From the NCBI GenBank assembly GCA_963663965.2, contig CAXXFK010000029.1, positions 96,001 through 160,000 of the forward strand: a stretch of DNA of 64,000 nucleotides, read 5' to 3'. Under the pieces are notes generated by a model, which saw only the letters and a list, made by a program, of their open reading frames with translations, did no database searches and had not been told where the DNA came from. Position numbers and translations under genes: made by a program. Below are positions 41,504-52,822 of this stretch, one piece after another. The stretch's first letter is position 1. Each line of letters begins with the position of its first letter. Origin of the DNA: Sedimentisphaerales bacterium (GTDB taxonomy: Bacteria > Planctomycetota > Phycisphaerae > Sedimentisphaerales > SM23-30).

Positions 41504-41539
41504 AAAAAGCCATTGATTATAATATCAAAGGCTTTTTTT
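41504..41539 (+). terminator. Intrinsic terminator
   Basis: AAAAAGCC-A-TTGAT ... ATCAA-A-GGC-T7. Confidence 0.8.
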
Positions 41540-41607
41540 ATGCGCATGGGATTGAAATTAAAACAAATTTGATTATTATAGGATGAAAAAGAATACTGGG
41601 AGACATC

Positions 41608-42555
41608 ATGGCACAATCAAGTTCCGCTCACTTGGAAGATATTGAACGGTTACGCAATAATCTTAAGAAGGTTATCATGGGTAAAGATCAATGTGTTGAT
41701 ATATTGATTATTGCATTAATGGCGGGCGGATCGGTTTTACTAGAGGATATTCCCGGTGTGGGTAAAACGACCCTGGCCAAAGCGTTGGCCCGGAGTATTC
41801 AGGCCGATTTTCGCCGGATTCAATTTACTCCAGATTTGTTGCCGGCGGATATTCTGGGGTCGTCTATCTATAATCCGGTGTCGGGCGAGTTCAAATTTCA
41901 GAAAGGTCCCATTTTCTGTAATGTTCTTTTGGCGGATGAAATTAATCGGGCATCGCCCCGGACGCAGTCGGCGCTTCTGGAAGCCATGAATGAATTGCAG
42001 GCTTCGATTGACGGGGCCAGCCATCCGTTGCCCAGTCCATTTATTATGCTGGCCACGCAAAATCCGATCGATTTTCATGGGACCTATCCTTTGCCCGAAG
42101 CTCAACTTGACAGGTTTCTGGTTATGCTGGATCTGGGCTATCCAGAACGGGATGTTGAAGTAAATATTCTTCAGAGCCGACAGCATTTAGATCCTTTGGA
42201 ACATATCGAGCCAGTATTAGATGGCGGCAGGATACACGCCATGCAACAAGAGGTATTAACTATTCATGTTGATCCATCGGTATCCTGCTATGTGGTCGAT
42301 CTGGTTACAGCAACCCGTCAGGATGACCGTCTCAAATTAGGCGTGAGTCCTCGAGGATCGCTCATGTTATCGCGCAGTGCCCAGGCGGCAGCTTATATCC
42401 GGGGGCGAGACTATGTCATTCCGGACGATGTGCAGGAAATGGCTGTTTATGTTCTGCCTCATCGTGTCATTACTACCGCCCGGACCCGTTATGACGGCAT
42501 TGGCAAACGTCAAATTGTCGAAGATATTATCAACAAGGTATCCGTTCCCGTCTGA
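41608..42555 (+). CDS. moxR: MoxR family AAA+ ATPase
   Basis: EDIPGVGKT, RIQFTPDLLPAD, LADEINRA, ATQNP, LPEAQLDRF, GVSPR. Confidence 0.95.
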   Translation: MAQSSSAHLEDIERLRNNLKKVIMGKDQCVDILIIALMAGGSVLLEDIPGVGKTTLAKALARSIQADFRRIQFTPDLLPADILGSSIYNPVSGEFKFQKGPIFCNVLLADEINRASPRTQSALLEAMNELQASIDGASHPLPSPFIMLATQNPIDFHGTYPLPEAQLDRFLVMLDLGYPERDVEVNILQSRQHLDPLEHIEPVLDGGRIHAMQQEVLTIHVDPSVSCYVVDLVTATRQDDRLKLGVSPRGSLMLSRSAQAAAYIRGRDYVIPDDVQEMAVYVLPHRVITTARTRYDGIGKRQIVEDIINKVSVPV

Positions 42556-42557
42556 TC

Positions 42558-43826
42558 ATGAAGAAGCAAAAAAGCGTAAAAAACAGCCTGTTAATTCGCT
42601 TTTTAAAGTGGGCATACGACCTTACGGTTTTCAAGTATACCCTTTACGGAGTCATTACGACTTCCGCAATGACGATTGCCGCGCTTCTGGTGATTGATAT
42701 GCCGGTATTTCTGCTTATCGTGGCACCGCTGGCGTTTATCTTCATGTCTTATGTGATCGGTTATTTCTTCAAGCCCAAAGTACGCCTGGAAGGGCGTTTG
42801 CCCGATCAGGTGGTCGCCGGTCGCGAATTTATAATCCGATATACGATTACCAATATTGGAAGGATATCGGCCTGGGATATCGGTCTTGAGATATATGGTT
42901 TGCCGGTTTCGTTCCAGCGCATCAATCGTCATGATATTGTGCAACGATTAAAACCGGGGCAATCGATAGAATATCTTATCCGTATTCTGGCCAATCGAAG
43001 GGGGATATATCGGTTGAGAGAACCGATCTGTTATACCACCTTCCCATTTAATCTGGTACGCATGTTTCGGGGTAATCCTCATAAATTGTCAACTGTTCCT
43101 GTTGTTGTTCAACCTGATTATTATCCGATGGAACGGATCTATATTTCATCACAATTACGCCATCAGGCGGGCGGCATCATGCAGGCGAGCAATGTCGGCG
43201 AATCACCCGAATATATCGGGAATCGGGAATATCGCCATGGTGATTCACCCCGCCGAATAGATCCGCGTGCCTGGGCGCGACTGGCAATACCCGTCGTTAA
43301 GGAATATGATGAAGAATATTTTTCGCATTTAGCCTTGATCCTGGATACTTATTTTCCACGCAACCGCCAGGATATTATGGGGTATTATCCTGAATTGGAA
43401 GCCGCGATCAGCTTGACCGCGGCGGTGGTCGATGCCATTTCGCGTGGCGAAGACATCATCGATGTGTTTGCCACAGGATCAGAGTTACATGTCTTTCGTG
43501 CCGGACGGCATTTGAGTACGTTTGATAAGGTGCTTGAAATTCTGGCCGGAGTGGATGCCTGTCATGAAGATCCGTTCGATCAAGTCGCACCGCGATTAGC
43601 GGAAGAAATCCATCAGACATCGGCGGTTATTTGTATTTTTCTGGATTGGGACAAAAGCCGCGAGAAAATTGTGCGTTTTGCCGTGGAAAGTGGTTGTACC
43701 GTCAGGGTCGTTATAGTCCGTGATAAATCCGTGAGCCAACCATTTCATCAGGTTCAAGACTGGTGTGGAGAGATACTGGTTTACAAACCCCAAGATATTA
43801 TCAAGGGGAATGCTGTCAGGATATGA
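42558..43826 (+). CDS. DUF58 domain membrane protein
   Basis: N-terminal TMs, RGIY, FPFNL, EYIGNREYRHGDS.R.ID.RAWAR...VVKEY; follows moxR. Confidence 0.9.
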   Translation: MKKQKSVKNSLLIRFLKWAYDLTVFKYTLYGVITTSAMTIAALLVIDMPVFLLIVAPLAFIFMSYVIGYFFKPKVRLEGRLPDQVVAGREFIIRYTITNIGRISAWDIGLEIYGLPVSFQRINRHDIVQRLKPGQSIEYLIRILANRRGIYRLREPICYTTFPFNLVRMFRGNPHKLSTVPVVVQPDYYPMERIYISSQLRHQAGGIMQASNVGESPEYIGNREYRHGDSPRRIDPRAWARLAIPVVKEYDEEYFSHLALILDTYFPRNRQDIMGYYPELEAAISLTAAVVDAISRGEDIIDVFATGSELHVFRAGRHLSTFDKVLEILAGVDACHEDPFDQVAPRLAEEIHQTSAVICIFLDWDKSREKIVRFAVESGCTVRVVIVRDKSVSQPFHQVQDWCGEILVYKPQDIIKGNAVRI

Positions 43827-44088
43827 TTCTACTTCTCGGGTATGGAAATGTCAGATCGCTCGCAGGCTAAGTATTTACTTGTAAAAGACTTACTTAATGG
43901 CCAAGCGGGCATTTTTAATCGTAAAGGTTATAGAACAAAGGAATCAATAGCTTGAAATCTTTGCCTTCATTTGTATTGTATTATTAACCGGAGATGTTGA
44001 ATTTGTATGCTTGGTAAAGCTGATAACCTCGCATCTGTTTTACCGGGCAGGCCACTATAATAACTTTAACCAGCAATTGGAAACTGCA

Positions 44089-44583
44089 ATGCCAACCGAG
44101 ACGGTATTTTATCTTGAGATTAACAAACTGGCAGATCTACAACCCAAAGACTTGCGTGATTCAGGTTTTCGGATTGAAGAGTGCCACGTAAAGCAATATC
44201 AATACAATCGATTTTTGTATGAGTTTATCGGAAATCCCTGGCAATGGACTGATAAACTGGGGCTAACCGATCAACAATGGCAAGATTACGTGGCAGATGC
44301 TTTACTGAGAACCTGGGTGGCCTATTGTCAAGGCAGCATAGCGGGTTATTATGAATTGATCAAACAAGGACAAGATGTTGAGATCCGTTATTTCGGGTTG
44401 GCTTTAGATTTTATCGGCAAGGGATGGGGCGGGGTGTTATTGACACATGCGATAAGGTCAGGATTTGCCTGGGGAGCCAATCGAGTCTGGCTGCATACTT
44501 GTACGAAAGATCATGAGCACGCATTGGCTAATTACCAGGCAAGAGGCATGACGATTTATAAAACTGAAGTTAAAAAGGAGTAA
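44089..44583 (+). CDS. GNAT family N-acetyltransferase
   Basis: YFGL..DFIGKGWGG.LL, RVWLHTC..DH..AL.NY..RG; start at ATG 44089. Confidence 0.9.
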   Translation: MPTETVFYLEINKLADLQPKDLRDSGFRIEECHVKQYQYNRFLYEFIGNPWQWTDKLGLTDQQWQDYVADALLRTWVAYCQGSIAGYYELIKQGQDVEIRYFGLALDFIGKGWGGVLLTHAIRSGFAWGANRVWLHTCTKDHEHALANYQARGMTIYKTEVKKE

Positions 44584-45104
44584 TTCAACTACTTATGCTT
44601 GCCTTAGATAAGTCGGGAATTCCCATGATTGGGGTTTTAATGCGGTTTCAGGATTAAATTTTCCAAATATTTAAGGCGTAAGGGAATTTTTAGATGATCC
44701 CGAATCGTACAGAAATGAAGCGTAATCATTTTGTTTTGGACAAATTTCCCAATTATTGGAATTATTAAAAATGACCCAAGTATGATTCCTATGTTACAAT
44801 CACAGGATGTTTTAGCCGTATTTGTTTAATGTTAGTTACAGGATTGGATATAAAGAAAATTTGGATAAGGCCAATAGTTGACATGTTATAAGTTGTTATA
44901 AATGAATATATTATGAATTTAGTGTGATTGTAGGTTAGATTAATGAACATTGTCAGGACTTGCCAAGGATTTCGCGGAAATCAGACTTAGATATATGAGG
45001 CTATAAAGCAGCCCCAAGGATCATAAAATATTATGAATCGCATTTTTATGATTGAATTTTGAAAAGAAAATTGCATTCTGATTGAATCGGTATTAAAATT
45101 TCAG

Positions 45105-45208
45105 ATAGAATTCGTGAATTTAAAGAGATTTTAACCTCTTAACCGCCTGAATATCTCTTTATGGGATATTCAAGAGCCCTGGCCCTCCCACCAGGGCTTC
45201 TTTATTTT
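45105..45208 (+). ncRNA. Candidate ~100-nt small RNA with three hairpins
   Basis: Promoter TTGCAT-N17-TAAAAT (45071-45099); stems 45123-45140, 45148-45172, 45175-45198 (loop CCCTCCCA) followed by a T-rich tail; no ORF. Confidence 0.55.
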
Positions 45209-45449
45209 CTAGAAATAGTTGCCTCCCAATATGTGGACATTTCATATTATTTTAATAATTAAGTGAATGATAACCTGTTTTTATTAATAAGGTTAACGTC
45301 GTGAAGGTAAAGGCGGTCATCAGGCTCACTCACTATTAGTTGTTCAATGATATAAATTTCAGAAATTCCGTAGTATCAAATTGACCGGTTCGAATCGTAT
45401 TGTCTAAATCATTAGTTGGCCGGAAATATCTTCCCGGAATTGTGCGTGC

Positions 45450-45478
45450 TTGTCGCCACAATAGGATTGGTGTATAAT
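45450..45478 (+). promoter_or_regulatory. Sigma70 promoter of ndk-ligA
   Basis: TTGTCG-N17-TATAAT. Confidence 0.7.
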
Positions 45479-45551
45479 TGCCCACCTTATTAAATCATGT
45501 TGATTTATACCTGACTTTATAACGCTGAAACTGAATGACAAGGAGATCTTT

Positions 45552-45998
45552 GTGGAACGAACGCTGATTTTATTGAAGCCGGATGCCGTTCAGCGGCGCT
45601 TGATGGGACAGATAATCAACCGTTTTGAGCGGCGGGGATTTCAGGTAGTCGGTTGTAAAATGATGCCAATCACACCCGAACTGGCTCAAAAGCATTACGC
45701 CGAACATGTGGGCAAGCCATTTTTTGACGGCCTGTTAAAATTTATTACCAGCGGTCCGGTTCTGGCCATGGCCTTGCAGGGTGAAGGGGTGGTGGCGCTG
45801 GCGCGTACGATGATGGGGAAAACCAACTGCGCCGAAGCGGATCCCGGAACGATTCGCGGCGATTTTGGCACGGCCAAAAGCTTTAACCTGATCCATGGCA
45901 GTGACAGTCCACAGTCGGCTCAGCGTGAACTGGCTTTATTTTTTAATGACGATGAATTGATGGATTATGATGTTAATGTGATGTACTGGCTGGACTGA
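45552..45998 (+). CDS. ndk: Nucleoside diphosphate kinase
   Basis: [39 protein letters not shown] start after aggag. Confidence 0.98.
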   Translation: MERTLILLKPDAVQRRLMGQIINRFERRGFQVVGCKMMPITPELAQKHYAEHVGKPFFDGLLKFITSGPVLAMALQGEGVVALARTMMGKTNCAEADPGTIRGDFGTAKSFNLIHGSDSPQSAQRELALFFNDDELMDYDVNVMYWLD

Positions 45999-46045
45999 TA
46001 TCAGTCGGTGTATTAATCAGACTAAAACAGAGGGTATCGAACTGA

Positions 46046-48115
<2,070 letters not shown>

Positions 48116-48269
48116 CAAGGAAAACGATTAGTCGATTTGGCTGAATCGGATAATATTTTTTCAATTTCTATATACGAAATCGGGTGACTGGTGCGTCGTT
48201 ATAATGGATGCCTGCTTTGTAATGGCTATAGCAGGAATAGTTTCGCGCGAAAAAGATATGGATGTTTAA

Positions 48270-48818
48270 ATGTCTGATATAGATTTAGTTAGAAAAATTG
48301 GCCAGGGCGATAAGCAGGCGTTGACTGCTTTTTATCATGGGTATCGTGATATAATGCTGCGCTTGGCGCTCTCCTTGGCAGTCGATGTAAACCTGGCGGA
48401 AGATATTGTTCATGATGTGTTGTTGTCTATCGTACGCAGCGCCCGGCATATCAAGCTGAAAACCAGTTTGAAAAGTTACCTGGCGGCCAGTATTGCGAAT
48501 CGGGCCCGTACGCTGCTACGAGACAGCAAACGACTGGAATTGATGGGGGAGAATCATGATTTGGATGTGAATACCGGTCAGATCTATCAACCGGATCAAT
48601 GGTTAATCCTGACCGAATCCATCAGGCAATTACGTGATGCCATGGCTCAGTTGCCTTATGAACAGCGTGAAGCGGTTAATTTGCATATTCAGGGTGAAAT
48701 GACCTTTCGGCAGATAGCCGATCTGCAAGGTGAATCCACTAATACTGTTCAGGGGCGTTATCGATATGGATTGAAAAAACTGCGAGCTTTATTAATCAAA
48801 AGCGAGGTGAAGCAATGA
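48270..48818 (+). CDS. ECF sigma-70 factor
   Basis: AEDIVHDV region 2, LPYEQRE...MTFRQIA...NTVQGRYRYGL.KLR region 4. Confidence 0.93.
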   Translation: MSDIDLVRKIGQGDKQALTAFYHGYRDIMLRLALSLAVDVNLAEDIVHDVLLSIVRSARHIKLKTSLKSYLAASIANRARTLLRDSKRLELMGENHDLDVNTGQIYQPDQWLILTESIRQLRDAMAQLPYEQREAVNLHIQGEMTFRQIADLQGESTNTVQGRYRYGLKKLRALLIKSEVKQ

Positions 48819-51415
48819 CCAGCGCAGATGTTATAAGAAAAATTATGGAAAATACTGCTATCGAAGTGAATCCAGAACGAGATCAAGCAATGCTTGACGA
48901 CTTGATAGCGGAACAAACGAAACAACGACTTTCGGCGGGATCGAAGGATCTGTCGAAATGGAGACTTTTTATGAATACACAATTAAGGTATGCCGCTGCG
49001 ATTATTATCACTGCGGTGGTAGTTTGGATGGTTGCCCAGACAGCCGGAGTGCCAGAGATGGCATCAGTGGCCTGGGCCGATGTGGTCGAACGATTTAAAA
49101 GTGTCCAGTTTTTCAGCGCGGTAGTTTATACCAAAGACAATGCCACAGCTCAGCCTCAGCAATATGAACTCTGGATGGGAGCCGGGGGGCGGGCTCGCCT
49201 GCGATTTGGCGATCAGGTTATTTTTGGAAAAAAAGGTCAGGTGACCCATGCCTTTGATATTGGCTCTCTTAAAACAGAGCTAAGTATGGATCAAGTCGAT
49301 CCCATGGCTGAAAACATGTTAAAGAAACTGGGAACCTTCGAGAGATTTTCGCTGGATGAAATGTTACGTGTAATGTTTCAGGGCGCTCAGTTACAGGATA
49401 TGACACCCCTGATCAACCAGGATGCTTCTATTTCGGAGGATTTGCTGATTTTTGACGCGGAGTCACCCATCTCGCCGGAATGGCTGCGTATCTGGGTTTT
49501 ACGCGAAAGCCGATTGCCGGTCCGGTTGAGATTGTGGGATCCGCGATTTGGCGATTGTGTCGATGTGCAGTTTACCTATTCCAAAGAGCAGTCGGAAGAC
49601 TTTTTTGACGCCGATAAGTACAGCGAATTTCTGGCCCGTGCCCGGTCGCAGGCTGTCGGCCGGACTAATCTGGCGTATGCTTACCTGACTGATCCCGGAG
49701 GGAAAAACTATACTCCTGCCGAGATTTTTGAAGAAAACGGGTATCATCTACCAGAAGTGAAACAAGTGGGTATTACTGAAAAAGGAGCTGTCTGGATCGT
49801 GGCGGGGAAAGCTCAGAATCGTACTCCCAGTGGCCATATGTTTTATGGCTTTGAGCGTATCGAAGATGATCTGGGGCGACATTATCAGAGGGTGGCCTCC
49901 AGTCACCGTACGATGGAAGATGAATCACGCGAGGTGTTTATACCAGAGGATTATCCTTTTGATCCTCGTCGGCCCGGGATTATTTCTCTAATCTGTGAAG
50001 CGGACGATAATCACCCCCGGCAGAAATTGGAAACAATCGGTACGGTTGAATGGGAAAAGATTGAATATGAAAGCTCACTGCCGGCTAATAAATTCTCAAC
50101 CGATGAAATGGAGTTTGTGGTTCAGGCCGCACGGGGCTATCTGAAAAATGGCGATAAGGACCGGGTAGATCAATGTCTGGAGATGATGAAAGCGTATCCG
50201 GACGATAGCCGTTTGGGTTTGATGCGTGAAAAAGTGGTTTTGAAACGTTTCCTAGAACAAAATGAATATGATGAGGTTTGCCAATTGGCTGACCGCCTGG
50301 CGCCGATTCAAATGAAGGATTATCTACGCTGGAAAGGGTACGCGCCGTCGTGTCGAGATTTCAATGAATTGATCATTGCTTATGTACAAGCCGGTCATCT
50401 GGATAAGGCGGGGGCGTTATGGCGTCAGGTCCAACAGGCTGAACCGGAAATTCCAGACCATTTAAACCGCAGGGCCGTGGAACAGATTCGAGAAACAATT
50501 CGTGACTATCTGGAGCAAAACGAAGAAAATCTGGCACGTGATCTGATGTACATTACAGAAGCGACAATCAATGAGGTGGGCGAATTGTTGGGAATCGATC
50601 TGGAAAAAAAGTATCCTGGATGCCAGTCATGGATACCGCGACGAAAACAGGCTGTTTTTCAGTCAGGCGAACAACGGATAAAGGAACTGACGACCTATTA
50701 CCAATCGCATTCACTTCCGGAAAAATATGAATTGCATCAGCGTTCGATACCAGATCCGATCTATTTTGCTCGTAATGAGATACCGGGAACTGAGTACAGT
50801 ATATTCCCATTAAACGGCACGTTGGAATCTCTGGCAAATACCATTAAGATTTTCGATCCAGTGTGGTCTGAAAATGGCATTACGGTTGAATGTGATAAGG
50901 ATATCGATGATAAAAAAATGAATTGCGATCTGGTTTATCATTGCGATATCTCTAAAAATGAAGCGTTGCGATATGTTCTGGATCAGTATGGTTATCAGAT
51001 ACAGGAAGTTGAAGGTGAAGTCGGCGAAGTCTGGGTGGTTCATTACGATGGGCGGTCTCTGCAAGATTATCATGATGTTATTGCCCCTGTTCCCTATAAC
51101 AGTAAAGACGCGCCCAAAACGGGCATGATGGTATCGAGTGCAAGTAACGGATTTTCGCTGAATGGTCTGTTATCTAATTTGAGTTTCTGTTATTGTTCGA
51201 GTGACACAGAGGGTCGAATAGATTCTACGAATCGATTGATCTTTGTCAACAAGACCGGATTGGATCGTTTTTCACCTGCTTTGAGTCTGGAAATACCCTA
51301 TATGAAGGGAGCGGAAGGTTGGAAATTCGCACAGCAATGGTTTCTGGCCGAATTTGGAATTACGTTTGAGTTAGAAAAAATACCATTAAAGATTTATAGA
51401 GTAATTAAGCAATAA
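48815..51415 (+). CDS. Large putative anti-sigma factor / membrane-anchored sensor
   Basis: ATGA overlap with the ECF gene; short cytoplasmic N-domain, one TM (YAAAIIITAVVVW), VAWADV motif, large extracytoplasmic part with TPR-like helices and DUF3738-like C-terminus. Confidence 0.75.
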   Translation: MTSADVIRKIMENTAIEVNPERDQAMLDDLIAEQTKQRLSAGSKDLSKWRLFMNTQLRYAAAIIITAVVVWMVAQTAGVPEMASVAWADVVERFKSVQFFSAVVYTKDNATAQPQQYELWMGAGGRARLRFGDQVIFGKKGQVTHAFDIGSLKTELSMDQVDPMAENMLKKLGTFERFSLDEMLRVMFQGAQLQDMTPLINQDASISEDLLIFDAESPISPEWLRIWVLRESRLPVRLRLWDPRFGDCVDVQFTYSKEQSEDFFDADKYSEFLARARSQAVGRTNLAYAYLTDPGGKNYTPAEIFEENGYHLPEVKQVGITEKGAVWIVAGKAQNRTPSGHMFYGFERIEDDLGRHYQRVASSHRTMEDESREVFIPEDYPFDPRRPGIISLICEADDNHPRQKLETIGTVEWEKIEYESSLPANKFSTDEMEFVVQAARGYLKNGDKDRVDQCLEMMKAYPDDSRLGLMREKVVLKRFLEQNEYDEVCQLADRLAPIQMKDYLRWKGYAPSCRDFNELIIAYVQAGHLDKAGALWRQVQQAEPEIPDHLNRRAVEQIRETIRDYLEQNEENLARDLMYITEATINEVGELLGIDLEKKYPGCQSWIPRRKQAVFQSGEQRIKELTTYYQSHSLPEKYELHQRSIPDPIYFARNEIPGTEYSIFPLNGTLESLANTIKIFDPVWSENGITVECDKDIDDKKMNCDLVYHCDISKNEALRYVLDQYGYQIQEVEGEVGEVWVVHYDGRSLQDYHDVIAPVPYNSKDAPKTGMMVSSASNGFSLNGLLSNLSFCYCSSDTEGRIDSTNRLIFVNKTGLDRFSPALSLEIPYMKGAEGWKFAQQWFLAEFGITFELEKIPLKIYRVIKQ

Positions 51416-51433
51416 AAAGTAAAATATTCAGCA

Positions 51434-51460
51434 GACTTGCGCCGAAACACGGCGCAAGTC
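51434..51460. terminator. Perfect 11-bp hairpin after the anti-sigma gene (no U-tract)
   Basis: GACTTGCGCCG-AAACA-CGGCGCAAGTC. Confidence 0.5.
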
Positions 51461-51752
51461 GGTATATCATAACGCCTACTAATAGCATTATTAGAAACGG
51501 GTTAGTGCTTTTTCAAATCAGTTAATGATGAAGACCCTGGTGAATATACCAGGTCCAATAAGCAGGCTCATTCTGAAAATTTCTTAATGAATTCGAATAT
51601 GAAAGAATGCAACTTGTTAAATTCTAGTAGTTTGTATCTATCTTGATAAATATTGTCTGGTACCGAGCAAGTAGTTAAAGTCGGATATTTAATGTAACGA
51701 ATTTATAATTAAGCGTTTATATAGTTCTTTACATTAAAATATAGGTATCACT

Positions 51753-52775
51753 ATGAAAAAGCACTTGATATTCTGCCTGACTGTCATTTGTGGGATTCTA
51801 TTGATGGGTTGTGAAAAACAGGGTGGTAATACAGGCGATCAGTCTAAGGGTAATGGAGATCTATCATCCGAGAAAACGCCGGCGATAGTGAAAAGTGAAA
51901 ATGCTATCGAGAAACCATCTAAACAGGCGAATGACTATCTTGATTTTGTGCCACATAAACGTGCGCCAAAAACGATTCAACTGGTGTGTGGTCCGCTGGA
52001 TGGCAAGCCGGAGGTTGATGGCGATGGCAGCGATGCGGTCTGGAGTCAGGCCCAATCTATTGAAACACTGGATTTCAGTTCCCAACGGGCTATCGAATTG
52101 CGAGCCGGGTATTATGATGGCAAGATCTATCTGTTGGCCCGGTATCCAGATGAGGCGGCTTCGGAAACGCATAAATCCTGGGAATGGGATGCCCAGGAAA
52201 AAATCTATAAACCGATGATGGACCGGGAGGATATGCTGGTGCTCAAGTGGGCCATGGAAGGCAGTTATATGGGATTCGATCCAGATAAGGTAGAGCCACA
52301 TAAAGCGGACATCTGGTTCTGGAAGGCGTGCCGGACAAATCCGGCGGGATATTTTGATGATAAATATCAATTGATGACCAGAGAAGAAGCGGACAAAGCC
52401 CTGGTCGTGCCATCTGACAAATTTGGAACATTGTATTTACAACGGATCGCGGATGAAGGCAAGAGCGCCTATCGTGAGGAGACTCCGTTGGACTATGGCG
52501 GCGATTATATCGGATTGTATTATCCACGCCAGCCTGAGGGTAGTCGAGCGGATGTTGTCGGTAAAGGCCGCTGGCAAAATGGCTATTGGACGATCGAAGC
52601 CTGCCGCCAGTTGAATACCGAGCATGATGATGATATTCAATTTGAAACCGGCAAGGAGTATCCATTTGTTGTGACATTATATGAGATGGCCTGTTCAGCA
52701 GTAGAACCGGAATGGTGGCAACCCTTGTATCGAACGGGAAACGCTTTTGATCGGCTCATTCTTTCCATCGAATAA
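51753..52775 (+). CDS. Lipoprotein with ethylbenzene-dehydrogenase-gamma-like (EB_dh/DOMON) domain
   Basis: Lipobox LMGC; P.VDG...D.VW, REDML.L.W, ADIWFWKA.RTNP.GY.DD, G.W.NGYWTIE..R.L.T...DDIQF. Confidence 0.75.
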   Translation: MKKHLIFCLTVICGILLMGCEKQGGNTGDQSKGNGDLSSEKTPAIVKSENAIEKPSKQANDYLDFVPHKRAPKTIQLVCGPLDGKPEVDGDGSDAVWSQAQSIETLDFSSQRAIELRAGYYDGKIYLLARYPDEAASETHKSWEWDAQEKIYKPMMDREDMLVLKWAMEGSYMGFDPDKVEPHKADIWFWKACRTNPAGYFDDKYQLMTREEADKALVVPSDKFGTLYLQRIADEGKSAYREETPLDYGGDYIGLYYPRQPEGSRADVVGKGRWQNGYWTIEACRQLNTEHDDDIQFETGKEYPFVVTLYEMACSAVEPEWWQPLYRTGNAFDRLILSIE

Positions 52776-52822
52776 TCTGATGAATTTTTTCAACGTCTGA
52801 TCGTAATATCATAAAGCCCGAT

